A stretch of DNA of 64,000 bases from Eledone cirrhosa. Lineage: Eukaryota. Position numbers and translations under genes: made by a program. Below the pieces are notes generated by a model. The model was not told the origin of the DNA and searched no databases. It saw nothing but the letters and a program-made list of their open reading frames with translations. The stretch covers positions 354,206,001 through 354,270,000 of the forward strand of contig OZ024741.1 in the NCBI GenBank assembly GCA_964016885.1, written 5' to 3'. Positions within the stretch are counted from its first letter, which is position 1; each line of letters starts with the position of its first letter. Shown here one piece after another: positions 23,822 through 35,625 of this stretch.

Positions 23822-25481
23822 ATTGGTCGATAGTGGCGCTAGAAATAGCAACTACATCAGCTAAAAACAGGGCGAACCTCATGGAGGGCCATAGATGTAC
23901 TAAATAGAAGGAACCTCATGGTGGCCTTTAGGTTTGCTAGAAATAGCAGTTAAATAGAGGGAGCCTCATGGTGCTCCATATGTCTGCTAGGAATAACAGC
24001 TAAATAGGGGAACCTCACGGTGGTTCATAGGTGCGCTAGAAAATAACAGCAAAATAGGGAACCTCATAGTGGTCCATAGATGTGCTCTAAATAGCAGCTA
24101 AATAGGGGGAACCTTATTGTGGTCCGTGGATGGGCTAGAAATAGATGTTGATTCATAGATGTGCTAGAAACAGCAGCTAAATAGGGGTAACCTCATCTTG
24201 GTCCATAGGTGTCCTAGATATAGCAGCTACATCAGCTAAACAGGGACAAAATCATGGTGGTCCATAGGTGTGCTGGAAATAGCAACTAAAAAGGGGAGCC
24301 ATGTGGTGGTCCATAGGTATGCTATGAATAATAGCTACTTCAGCTAAACAAGGGTAACCTCAGGTGTGCTAGAAATAGCAGCTAAATAGGGGGAACCCCA
24401 TGGTGGTCCACAGGTGTGTTAGAAATAACAGTTAAATAAGGATAACCTGATTGTTTCCATTGATGTCCTGGAAATAGCGGCAACATTAGCTAAATAGGGA
24501 CAAAATGATGGTGGTCCATAAGTGTGTTGGAAATAGCAGCTTTAAATAGGAACCACATGGTGGTCCATAGGTTTGCTACAAATAGTAGCTACATCAGCTA
24601 AACAGGGATAACCTCAGGTGTGCTAGAAATAGCAGTTAAATAAGGGAAACCTCATTGTGGTCAATCGATGTGCAGGAAATAGCAGCTACATCGGCTAAAC
24701 AGTAGGAACCTCATAGTGGTCCATGTGTGCTAGAAATAGCAGCTAATTAGAGGGAACCTCATTGTGACCTATGGGTGTACTAGAAAAGAAATTACATCAG
24801 CTAAAAACAGAAAACCACATGGCGCTCCATAGGTGTGCTAGAAATAGCAGCTAATCAGGAGAAACCTCAAGGTGGTCCATAGGTGTGCTAGAAATAGCAG
24901 CTAAATAGTAGGAACCACAACATGGTCCATAGGTGTGCTAGAAATAGCAGCAACATCAGCTAAAAGAGGGGAACCCAGTGGTGGTTAATAGATATGCTAG
25001 AAATAGCACCTACATCAGCTAAACAGAGGCAACCTCATGGTGTTAGAAATAACAGCTAAATAGGGTGAACCTCATGGTGGTCCTTAGGTGTGTTAGAAAT
25101 AGCATGTAAATAGGGGAGAACTCATACTAAAGTGTGTATGTATGTATGCATGGTCCCATAACTCCTGATAGAGTCGTAGGGGTGCCGTATTGATATACAG
25201 CGTTTCTTAAGCATTTTAAGCTTGGCGGAGCCTATCCCTCTCCAGACCTGAGTAGAGCAGATTTCTTCCAGAGAAAGATAGAAAGTGAGAGAGAGGAAAT
25301 GAGAAAGGGATATATTGAAAGAATCGACCCCAGTCCCAGTACTAGACTGGTACTTTTTTTTGTTGACCTCAAACAGATGAAAGACAAAGTCGACTTCAGT
25401 GGGATTTGAACTGAGAGAGCAGAGAGCCTGAGAATACTATAAAACGTTCTAACGACTCTGCCAATTTGCCGCCTACATATA

Positions 25482-25513
<32 letters not shown>

Positions 25514-25608
25514 AAAATCGTCAGCATCATTTAACATGCTTTTCCATGCTGGAACGTTGCCATGTGTTGAACACACATAAAGTACATGTACACATAAAGT
25601 AAACTCAC

Positions 25609-25698
25609 CTGTATCAACATTAAAGCCTTCATTAATTTTGACACCGTCACTAAATCCTTCACTTAAAAGACAGTGATCTATGATAGCAGGGCCAAAAT
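25609..25698 (-). CDS. NEMF: NEMF exon 7
   Basis: FGPAIIDHCLLSEGFSDGVKINEGFNVDT; TAG/GTGAGT; 90 nt. Confidence 0.93.
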
Positions 25699-25832
25699 CT
25701 AGACAGTAAAAAAAACGAATCAAAATTATATATAAAGACTATTCAAGCTTGAAAAATTTTGTGTATGAGATCAATTTTACACCTATTTAATTTTACTATT
25801 TTGTGATTCATTATATACATGTGCCATTATAT

Positions 25833-25877
25833 ATACTAGCAGAAAAACCACCTTAAGGGTGGTTTTTCTGCTAGTAT
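25833..25877. repeat. Perfect 20-bp-stem hairpin
   Basis: ATACTAGCAGAAAAACCACC-TTAAG-GGTGGTTTTTCTGCTAGTAT. Confidence 0.92.
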
Positions 25878-25912
25878 GTGTAGTGTGCATATTGATATTA
25901 TACACAAATATA

Positions 25913-25943
<31 letters not shown>

Positions 25944-25944
25944 G

Positions 25945-26292
25945 ATAGATCCTTCGTGCGTCCTGGCCCGACCAAGTGCGAAACGAGGAGATCCTGCAGA
26001 GAGCCGAGTCGTGGACGCTACAGAAAATGGTCACGGAGCGTCGGTGCCGTCTGGCTGGCCATATTCTGCGTCTGCCAAATGAACAGCATTCGAAAACAGC
26101 AATGAACTGGACTCCGCCTGGCAGTAAACGGAGGCGGGGTTGCCCAAGTATCACCTGGCGACGAACGTTCCGGAAGGACCTGATGGCAGCCAACATCACC
26201 TGGCATGGTCTCAAAAAAGTTGCCGCTGATCGTGACCGTTGGTGAGTACCTACTGCTCGATGCGCCGAACAGCGCGGAAGAATCTAAGACTA
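25945..26292 (+). mobile_element. RTE-type LINE 3' fragment (third family, GC-rich)
   Basis: NEEILQRA...RLAGHILRL...WTPPGSKRRRGCPSITWRRTF...AADRDRW; CTAAG-repeat tail. Confidence 0.85.
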
Positions 26293-26770
26293 AGATATGA
26301 TAAGTCAAATGAAAACGTAATTGACAATATGCACAGAAATTGAAGTGAAACTGTGTTGCACTCTCTTCTGTTATCAGTAAAGTAATCGATGATACATTTA
26401 AAAAAGACAATATTATATATAAACAGCATTACGGTGAAATTTTATGGAAATGAAAAAGGAGAAAATATAAACCTTTTATAACAATGCAAATATATGAATG
26501 TTTATATAAACGATGTGATAAGTGTTATGATATAACGGACGCTAAATCTATCTCTTAACCCTTTAGCATTTAGCATTTAAGCCAGCCGTATATGGCCAGA
26601 ATTCTCTCACCTCTTTCTGTTCAAACTGGCCATAAACTGGCCACTCATACTGATGTTAAGGTATTGTTCTCAAAATAAATAATATCAAAATCTCATAGAT
26701 TTAAATACAGCTGTATTTTCTACAGTTTTCCTGATATATATTTGCCCTAATATCAAAGTGAAATACTTAC

Positions 26771-26838
26771 CAGTTGCTGGAAGCAGTGTTCGTTTAAGAA
26801 GGCTTCCCTTTTTTGATTCCTTCAGAATGGTACGAATT
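26771..26838 (-). CDS. NEMF: NEMF exon 6
   Basis: IRTILKESKKGSLLKRTLLPAT; CAG/GTAAGT; 68 nt; phases fit. Confidence 0.9.
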
Positions 26839-27437
26839 CTGAAAAATGAATAACATATAAGAATTTATTTACTAATTTGTTGCTACTATTGATATTCTGA
26901 GTTTCCAATATGTGAAATATTAGACAAATCAAATGATAAATATTATTTATTACTGACTAATAGGACCATGTTTTGCTCACACACAACTGATTTTGGCTTA
27001 GTTTCTATGGCTGGGTGCCCTTCCTAACACCTTTCTAGATATATATATATATATATACTAAATAAATAATAACAATAGTAATGTCTTTGATTTTTTTGCT
27101 CTGAGAAAACAATCACCAGTGATTGCAATCATCATCATCATTTTTATGTCCACTTTTCCATGCTTGCTTGGGTTAAATGAGTCCTTTCCAGTACAGCCAA
27201 ACCTCCACTCATAGTAATCCTTCATCTCTATTGTGAGGTTCAGCACTTTGAGATCAGCTCTAACCACCTCTGCCCAAGTCTTCCTTTCCTACAACTTCCT
27301 TCCACTGTAATCACCAGGCACATTTTCATCCAGCATTCATCATCCATATGCATCATCCGTATGCATCATTATATGGGAGTGAAGTAAAAACAATGTTTAG
27401 AGTATATGTAATTTTAAAAAAACCCAGATATTCTTAC

Positions 27438-27583
27438 TTTTCAGGGTCAATAGGTTCATACTGCTTGGCACTGCTCACTGGATATCTCTCTCGTACCACA
27501 AGCTTTACATCTTCACTCTCACTGGACCGAGGGCGCAGAATATTTAAGATAGTGTAATCATAATCTGTTAAAACAATATTTCC
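27438..27583 (-). CDS. NEMF: NEMF exon 5
   Basis: [35 protein letters not shown]...; AG/GT; 146 nt. Confidence 0.95.
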
Positions 27584-27716
27584 CTAGAAAACAGAGATAA
27601 AAAACACAAACAAACAACTTTGAAAACAATGACTCCGTCCACAAGAAATATTTACATGAAAAGTTAAAGCAAAAAATGACTGAGGGAAAGAATAAGAAAG
27701 AAACTAATTGCCTTAC

Positions 27717-27842
27717 TCGATCATACATCTCTAGGATTACATGGTATGCTGCTTCTGATGAACCAAATTGTAAATCAACAACTCGGTCAATACCAAGCTG
27801 AGAAACAGCTTCCAAACGTCGACCCCGGATGTGTTTCCGAAG
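27717..27842 (-). CDS. NEMF: NEMF exon 4
   Basis: [42 protein letters not shown] (NFACT-N, conserved DR); 126 nt. Confidence 0.96.
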
Positions 27843-28026
27843 CTGTGAATAGAACAAAATATAATATGTATATAAATATAATATTGATTTTAATTTAGGT
27901 ACAAGGCCATCAAATTTAGGTACAGTGGAAGTTTTATCGAACCAACATAACATACACACACACACATATATATACATATACACATATGGTGTATATATAT
28001 ATATATATTTGTGTGTATATACATAT

Positions 28027-28880
28027 ATCATCATCACCTCCGTCTTAATTCCATTTTCCACGCTAGCATGGGCTAGACAGGTTGTCCAGTTGTAAGCAAT
28101 CCTAGGTTACGTGACCATGTCTTGCTCATACTGGACTGATTCTGACTTGGTTACTGCAGCTGGATGCCCTTCCTAATGCCAACCTCATTTACAGTGAGTA
28201 CTGGGTGCTTTTTGTCATGACGCCTACATGACCACTTTACATTGTGGGCTGGGTGCTTTTTGTTGTGATACCTACACAACCACTTTACAGCATGGGCTGG
28301 GGGGGGAGGGTGCTTCACTGGATGCATTTACTTTGGCCTGTCCTCCTGTGGGTGTATGGGTGGGTGGGTTGGGTTGGTGCATACTTTATATATGCTTCAG
28401 TTTGTGCTCGTAGGAAGTTGGGTCTTCTGTATTACTGCATATCGCCATAGATCCCGGTCATGTGTCATCGCCTTTGAGAGGTGCAATTGGGCAAGGCCAG
28501 CTTTTATCACCTCATTTCAAGTCTTCCTGGTCTCCCCACTCCAAGGCTTCTATCAACTTTGAGTGTTCTGCACTTTTTTATGCAGCTGTCATCCTTCATA
28601 CGCATCACATGTCCATACCAACGCAATCTCCTCTCCTGCACACAGCATTTGATTCCTCTTATGCTTAGTTTCTCTCTCAGTTCATTTATGTTCGGCTGTT
28701 CTCGTATATTACTATTACACATCCATCAGAGCATGCAAGCCTCATTTCTTTCCAATCTATGCAAGTCTTCTGCACACAGCACCCAAGTCTCACTACCATG
28801 CAACATAGCTGTTCGTATGCACACATCATACAGTCTGCCTTTTATTCTGAGGAAGAAGCCTTTTGTAGCCAGTAGGCTTC
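28027..28880 (-). mobile_element. RTE LINE 3' fragment
   Basis: ERRLRWYGHVMRMKDDSCIKKC; same 3' UTR and ATC-repeat tail. Confidence 0.9.
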
Positions 28881-28971
28881 CCAAAATATTTTGTCCAATA
28901 GTGCCAATGGACGGGCCATTACTATTCTAATAATAAAGTTACATCTTGGAAAGTTTAAAATGTAAAATAAC

Positions 28972-29074
28972 CTTCATAGCAAATCCAGAGGGAGCCACAT
29001 GTTTTGGCCATTCAAATTCAGTGCTGTGTATTCTAATACCTGATTCAATAACCAAAACTGCTTTGTTGTCAGGT
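28972..29074 (-). CDS. NEMF: NEMF exon 3
   Basis: PDNKAVLVIESGIRIHSTEFEWPKHVAPSGFAMK; AG/GT; 103 nt. Confidence 0.95.
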
Positions 29075-29399
29075 CTAAGAAAAGAAAATAACATAAATCT
29101 TTGATTAGTTATTCAAACAGTATATTTACTTGCTAAAGCAGAAATTTAAAATTCAATTCAAACAAATAATTATTTCTACTATAGGCACAAGGCCAGCAAT
29201 TTAAGGGAAGGAAAAATCTATTAAATCGACCCCAGTGTATTACTGGTGCTTTATTTATCGACCCCATAAGGATGAAAGGCAAAGCTATCCTCGTGGGATT
29301 TGAACTCAGGACATAAAGGGTTGTAATTCAAAAATATGAGAATATAAAATGTTATATTAAGAAAACATGCAAATATTTTATTTCAATTCAATTATTCAA

Positions 29400-29627
29400 T
29401 TAACCTTTTGATGTCAATCCCCCCAAAACCACCTCTGATTCTATAAAACAAAACCACCCATTTTGAAGTGATCTTATTCAAACTAAAACCTTCATAAGAA
29501 ACTTTTGTCACATTATGTTACAGATATCATTTTAATAGTGAAATAATTAATAATTTTAGCAAGACCCTCCAAATTCTCCAATTCAATAATTAATTGAAAT
29601 ACAGTAAAATTGGTCATAAAAGGGTTA
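29400..29627. mobile_element. Second TTAA-flanked piggyBac-type MITE family
   Basis: TTAACCTTTTG...AAAGGGTTAA; related decayed copies at ~401-622 and ~5520-5892. Confidence 0.55.
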
Positions 29628-29646
29628 AAATTATAGAAATACTCAC

Positions 29647-29715
29647 AGTGCTAATTTAATTAAATATGTTTTGTGGTCAACATCGTAAACATTAACAACT
29701 CTCAAAGACAGCAGT
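29647..29715 (-). CDS. NEMF: NEMF exon 2
   Basis: LLSLRVVNVYDVDHKTYLIKLA; CAG/GTGAGT boundaries; 69 nt. Confidence 0.93.
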
Positions 29716-31959
29716 CTGAAAACAAGAAATAAGAAATCTATTAGAATCCAAGATAGAAAACAAAATAAAGTCGTAAATTCAAAGGGAATAAACACATAAA
29801 TCATAAAACCTCACTGAGTTACCAGAATATAACCTCAAGACATTGTTTTCATATAGCCCATTCCTCTATAGGCAAATTTGTAAAGCTTACTGAGTAAGTT
29901 AGTGAAGCACCTAAACCGGCTGTATCCAGCCAGAATTTTCTCACCTCTTTCTGTTCAAACTGTTCAAACTTACCGCTCATATCAATGTTAAGGTTTTGTT
30001 CTCAAAATAAATAACATAAAAATCTCATAGCTTCAATATTATGTGATATAAAGCCTTTACCGTGAAAATACAATAGTATATATAGAGTAACGTAAATGCT
30101 AAAGGGTTAAATAGCACTCTGCTAGTTCTAAAAATATATTTTACTACATTAGTATTATCAACATCACCGTTTTTACATCTCTTTTTCCATGCTTGCATGG
30201 ATTAAAGGAGTTTCCTTTAGTACATCATCTCTCCACATGTTTCTTGAGATCAATCTTCACTATTTCTCCTACATTTTCTTGATCTTCCTCTTATGTGGTT
30301 TCCTAGCAGTACATATTTACAGCTCAGTTTTACAGTTTCAGTTAAAGTGAGTTGGTCATGGATATAACTCTGAGTCAATGATAAAATATGAAGGGGCTGC
30401 AGAGCAGCCAGCACATGGGCCCCCATTTGCTTATAATAGTGATAAATGGGAAGAGCGACAATGGGAATTTGATACTATTATGTTCAGTCCTTGTCAGAAA
30501 TATTTTGTTTCAGTGTGAACATTTAAGTTAGTCTATCTATTAGATCTAGATTACTGTCTGACCAACACAATTACAAATTTAAATACTTTAGTGTGTTGTA
30601 ACTAGAATGAAAAGCTCAGTTACTTGTAAGCAGATTATCCATTATTGCTGTCTTTCATCCATATTTTAATACTGGTGTGGATGGAATAACTTGTGTAATT
30701 TACTAAATTGAATATGTTTATCTGCTGTAAGGAGAGGCAAGTTGATTATATTGAACACAGTGCTTCTCTGGTAATGTATTTTATCGAACTTGGAAGGATG
30801 AAAAACAAAGATGACCTCTGTGGATTTGAACTCAGAAAGTAAAAGACCCAGAACAAATAATTGTTTCTACTTTTGGCACAAGGCCAGCAATTACCCAGTG
30901 CATTACTGGTACTTTATTTTATCGACCCCCGTAAGGATGAAAGGCAAAGTTAACCTCGGCGGGATTTGAACTCAGAATGGCAAGAGCCGTAACTCTATGC
31001 GTCAAAGCATGGCGTCCGACCCTCACTCTACCAATAATAATAATAATAATGATTTCTTTATCAATAATAATGATAATAATAATATTAATGGTATTGTTAT
31101 TGCCACCATTTTGATTGGGATTGAGGTTGAACAGATCTTGTGTTGAATGTTCTATAGTTAGGTAATTGTTTCTGAAATGTAGTTAGTAGCTTTAATCTGA
31201 TTTGAATTGTATGATATCATAACAAATCATTCATTCAAATCATAGGGGTATAGTTAGTGTTGGTTTGCACTTGAAGCTGTGATTTGTGGCCATAAGATGT
31301 GACTTGTGGCCAGAAGGTGTGCTTTGGCCATGAGTTCAAAATTTGCTGTCTATTTTGTTGTTGTTCCCTCCCCCCTCTCCTCGAGCAAGGCCCATAACTA
31401 TATTCATCCTAGTTTGCATGGATGACAGTAGATTCCACTGTTGTTTTAAACAAAATGGTAAGCGGAAGTATATTGCTATGAAAACAATTACTCCAATGCA
31501 TCTCCTTCGTATTCCTGATGGGTAACACTTCCTCTATTCTGTCTGCTGGGACTATAAGACAGCATGCACCTAGGGCTCTGCATGTTGGTGAGCGTTCTAC
31601 ATTGTCCAGGCATATTTCATTGTGGCAGGGATGATGGTGGTCTGTGTACTTATATATATACTTCTCAAAATGTCATGGATTGATGTACTGCCATTTTGTC
31701 ATTGTATAATGCTATATTAAATATTTACAGTTCCTTAAGATTTTCCAGAGGAAAATCTTTAGAATGATTATATAACTATATGGATATTCAACTCATCTTC
31801 ACACTATTCCCGTCCTTGCTATTGTTGCGAAAACAACAACTACTACTACTGCCATTACTCCACATGTAAAATAGAAGAAAAAAAAACCCTAATATTTTTT
31901 TTCTGTGAGATGTTATAACTATTTATTCAGTTAATAAAGGAAAGGAGGAAAAACACTCT

Positions 31960-32350
31960 TCCAATAAGACTCAGAAGAGCATCCAGCACACAATCATGGG
32001 AGGTGAGGGTGAACCTGGAGAGAAGCTACAAAGATCATTCTGATTCAAATAGTAGTCCTGTAGGTAGATGAGTGTGAGGAGACCACAAAGAGGAAGGCCA
32101 CCAAGTACCAAAACTAAAGCTAAAGGGTGATAGGCCTAATTGTTCTTAGTTGAGATTGACTGCAGAGGATTCCTGGCACTGTCTAAGAGTAAAAAGAAAT
32201 AAGAGAAAAACCACAGCTCACAAGGTGAGGGAGGCGGTAGAAAAAGCTTCTTTCTGGCAGGTGTTTTTAACTGGCCAACACTGTCAGCCTGTTAACACTA
32301 GGACATTCTGATTAGGGTGAAAATATTTAAGGAAAGTCGGACATCACCTG
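31960..32350 (+). mobile_element. Decayed restriction-like-endonuclease non-LTR element fragment (HERO/R2-superfamily-like)
   Basis: Remnant peptides RKATKYQN, VEIDCRGF, EAVEKASFW resemble the RKxxKY...VEVGCRGF...AExASxW C-terminus. Confidence 0.55.
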
Positions 32351-32636
32351 TCAACTTCTTCTGGCCAAAAACAAAAGTGTGACAATGTGCCAGCACCTGT
32401 AGAAGATATATCTTTTAGTATCATGGCTCATAACAGTCCAAAGTAGAAACTGAGAGTTGTCTACTATGTCTTGACTAATTTTTTAATTATTTTACTAGTC
32501 ATTAGATTGTGGCCATGGGGTCTATGATACAATTGATGTTAAAACTAAATAAGTTTAGAATATAGGCCTTATTTAGAGGTTGCACAAGAAGTGTTATTGA
32601 CAATGGATTTCGTTTTGAAATTTTAACCAAAAAAAT

Positions 32637-32985
32637 TTATCTTCTTCTTTGCCCACTTATTCCTGAGAGGGTCGTGGGAGCAGAGTCTTCAAACACTCCT
32701 TCCAGTGGGTCCTGTTAAAAGCAACTGTTTCCAACTGATCCGGTCGGATCCCCAAGCGTGACCAGCCAAGTTCATGGATGTTATCCAACCATATAGCTCG
32801 GGGTCTACCGCTTGGTCTCTTGCCGGTTGGTTTTGTCCATAAAATCTGCCCAGCGATTTTCTCTTCTAACCACATGTCCGTAGTATCGGAGCTTTGATCT
32901 CTCAATTCGCAGAAGTAGCAGCTCTGCCTGGAATGAATCTCTGAGTTATGCACTTTATCGACTAACGTTACTCCAAAGACCAACA
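32637..32985 (-). mobile_element. RTE-type LINE 3' fragment (second family)
   Basis: GQILWTKPTGKRPSGRPRAIW...WKECLKTLLPRPSQE; GAA-repeat tail. Confidence 0.8.
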
Positions 32986-34041
32986 AAATGTATGTAATTT
33001 AAAATAGTATGTTGCGCGACTTAATAATTTTTATCTGCTGGGGTATGTCGCTGCTATTTCTAGCATCTTTGCCATTGAAGGAATTGACAACTATTTGGCT
33101 ACATTTATAGTTATAAAGTGATATTTAGCTCGTGTCGAAGTTATGTAGATTGATACCAGTAAATGTTCTGTTAAAGAATAACAACCAACAAGCTATGAAA
33201 AAATAATTTCGTCGTTGAAATTAATTCAAAGAAATATTGAAAAACGTGCATAAGGTTTGAATATCCAGGGAGAGAGTCGAAAACCGAAATAATTGAAATT
33301 TCGAAAAATTATTTTTCGGAGAATCGTAATATCCGATGTCTATAACATAGTTTAGAAGGAAAATATTCCCGAGGACTGACTTAGAAAAAAATATTCTGAA
33401 TCGAAATCCAAAGTGAATGATACCAAAAAGAATACATGTACACACGACAGTTCCAAACGGTTTGTGTCTACCAAACTTCATTTACAGGATGGTCAACCCG
33501 AAGTTATAATAGAAGACACTTGCGCAAGATCGGGCCACGAACTGTTATTGCGCAATGAACTCCCTAACATTAAAGCGAACTTTTTAACCATGCTTGGGCC
33601 CAACTGTGTCACCAAGCTACAGCATAAACTGTTCTTCTCATATGTCTAAACATATAGTGAATATATTTGTATCTTCAGATATCAACAAAATTATATATTC
33701 GATATATATGAGAAATTGCCACGAAAACTGAACAGATCGAGTTTTCTACGTGGTCATCCGACTTGCTAGAAATAGCAGTCAAATTGCACGCTACCGTCTT
33801 AGAAAAGTGACTTATCGGGTGAGATGTCTTTATACAAATAATCTGTTCGACATAGAGCTACACAACAAAAATAAACGAAAGCAACATTTCAGTAATTCTT
33901 AGATTATTATTTTGCAAATAATATTGACATTGTGTGATACTGCACTTATTTACATGATAACAGAGAAAACGAGATAGAGTACATCAATATTGAAGTAACT
34001 TATCACTATTCACAACAAGCAGAAATCAATTAAAAATTTAC

Positions 34042-34097
34042 CTTTGGAGATCTTTAACAACAATATTTACATCGATTGTGCTGAATCGACCCTTCAT
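34042..34097 (-). CDS. NEMF: NEMF (Rqc2/Caliban) coding exon 1
   Basis: ATG at 34097; MKGRFSTIDVNIVVKDLQ(R) matches the NEMF N-terminus (human MKSRFSTIDL); GTAAAT donor; phase 2 fits exon 2. Confidence 0.93.
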
Positions 34098-34300
34098 GTT
34101 GTTCTAAAGATGTTAGTATTAATTTGATAATCTAAACAATTACAAAAAACAATCCAGGATATTTCTGTGTAAGTCCACCTGGTTAAGTACACCGGTGGGA
34201 AGACAACTCTCGTTGACTAATTTATATCCGACCTTTCATTGGTCAAAATAAAAACATTCTGGAGCAAATCAATACTGCCAATAACGATAACTCTGTTTAA
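34098..34300 (-). promoter_or_regulatory. Probable NEMF 5' UTR / proximal promoter
   Basis: Repeat-free stretch directly upstream of the ATG with a CCAAT (ATTGG at ~34238); positional inference only. Confidence 0.35.
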
Positions 34301-34504
34301 AGTGATTGAATCTATGTGGCGAAATTATATTAGGAAAGAAATGTTAACTATAATTTGATCTCAACTAAAACGCCGAAAAGTGATATTTTGCTAAAAAGAA
34401 AGAGTATATTGTTAAAATTTATCCAAGTTTCAGTAAGGGCGAAATTATAAACCACAGGAGGCTGGATTAGGTTCTTTTGAAGCCGTAAGCACTTAAAAGA
34501 TAAC

Positions 34505-34688
34505 TGTTTCTACTTTTGGCACAAGGCCAGCAATTATTTCAGTATATTACTGGTACTTTATTTTATCGACCCCGTAAGGATGAAAGGCAAAGTTAACCTC
34601 GGCGGGATTTGAACTCAGACCGTAAAGGGACGTAACTATGCTGGAAAGCATGTCCGACACTCTACCGATACTGCCAATTCACCGCCCT
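34505..34688 (-). mobile_element. tRNA-derived SINE, young copy
   Basis: A/B-box-like head (GAGTTCAAATCC); 19-bp TSD TAAGCACTTAAAAGATAAC at 34486-34504 and 34689-34707. Confidence 0.92.
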
Positions 34689-34926
34689 TAAGCACTTAAA
34701 AGATAACGGTGCCTTTCCACCAAATATAACATCGACGAAAAAAAATTCTATCACAAAGATTTAATTTGAATAAAATGGTATCCCTCTTCCTTTGATTCCC
34801 TAAGCATGTGCTCATTTTGCTTAATGGTTTATCCAATCTTGGCAGATCATAATAATAATAATAATAATAATAATTGTTTCTACATTTGGCACAAGGCCAG
34901 TAATTATCCCAGTGCATTACTGGTAC

Positions 34927-35625
34927 TAATAATAATAATAATGAAAATATTGTGTACAGTGCTCAGGTGCACTACAACTCATCAAAAGTGTATGTATAGT
35001 ACATAGGGTAATGTACAAACGTCAGAAAAATTAACAGGGCATGAGTCGTGATATACACGTGTGCATGTGTATGGAAGGGAGACATGAGGTGTAGTTTTGG
35101 CGAATTTCGGGAAGCATGAGGGTTTTGAAGGATGCAGTGTCTCGGCAGCTAACAACTGACGCAGGCAGTTTGTTCCATGCTTCAGCAACTCTAAGCGTGA
35201 AAAAATGTTTCCGAAAGTCATGGGAGTGGTGCTGTTTTCTGACTTTGTAGACATGTCCACGTGTGTTAGACACATGGAGATCAAAAAGGTGCTCAGGGTT
35301 GTTGTTGGCGAGATGGTTAATAACTTTGTCGGTGTTTACCAAGTCCATTGCCAGACGTCGGAGCTTCAATGAATCCATGCCCAGGGAAGCAAGGCGTTCA
35401 GAGTATGGTAGGTGTCTGATGGAGGGTATGCGCTTGGTTGCACGTCTCTGAACAGTTTCCAGGAGGTCAATGTTCTGAGCAAGATAGGGGTTCCAGACTG
35501 ATGATGCGAATTTCAAGTGTGGTCATACCATAGCTGTATACAGCTTTAAATAGATGGCTGGAGAGCGGCTAACAAAGGTCTTGCTGAGTGATGCCAAGAC
35601 ACCCTCGACCTTCTTGACAATTTTA
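34927..35625 (-). mobile_element. CR1-clade LINE 3' fragment
   Basis: FASSVWNPY...LETVQRRATKRI...YSERL..L...RRL...TRGH..K...FFTLRVAEAWNKLP; (ATT)n tail. Confidence 0.9.

Larger units (their letters stand above)
19234..25128. repeat. Intronic satellite with ~49/59-bp monomers, interrupted by an RTE insertion
   Basis: Consensus GGGGAACCTCATGGTGGTCCATAGGTGTGCTAGAAATAGCAGCTA(CATCAGCTA)AATA repeated across 19234-21364 and 23795-25128. Confidence 0.96.

Noticed and set aside
19234-25128. CRISPR array or sgRNA scaffold: GCTAGAAATAGCA matches the engineered SpCas9 sgRNA tetraloop
   Set aside because: Only a 13-nt hairpin matches; there are no unique spacers, no cas genes and none of the remaining scaffold; the context is a eukaryotic intron and the motif also occurs in dispersed host repeats
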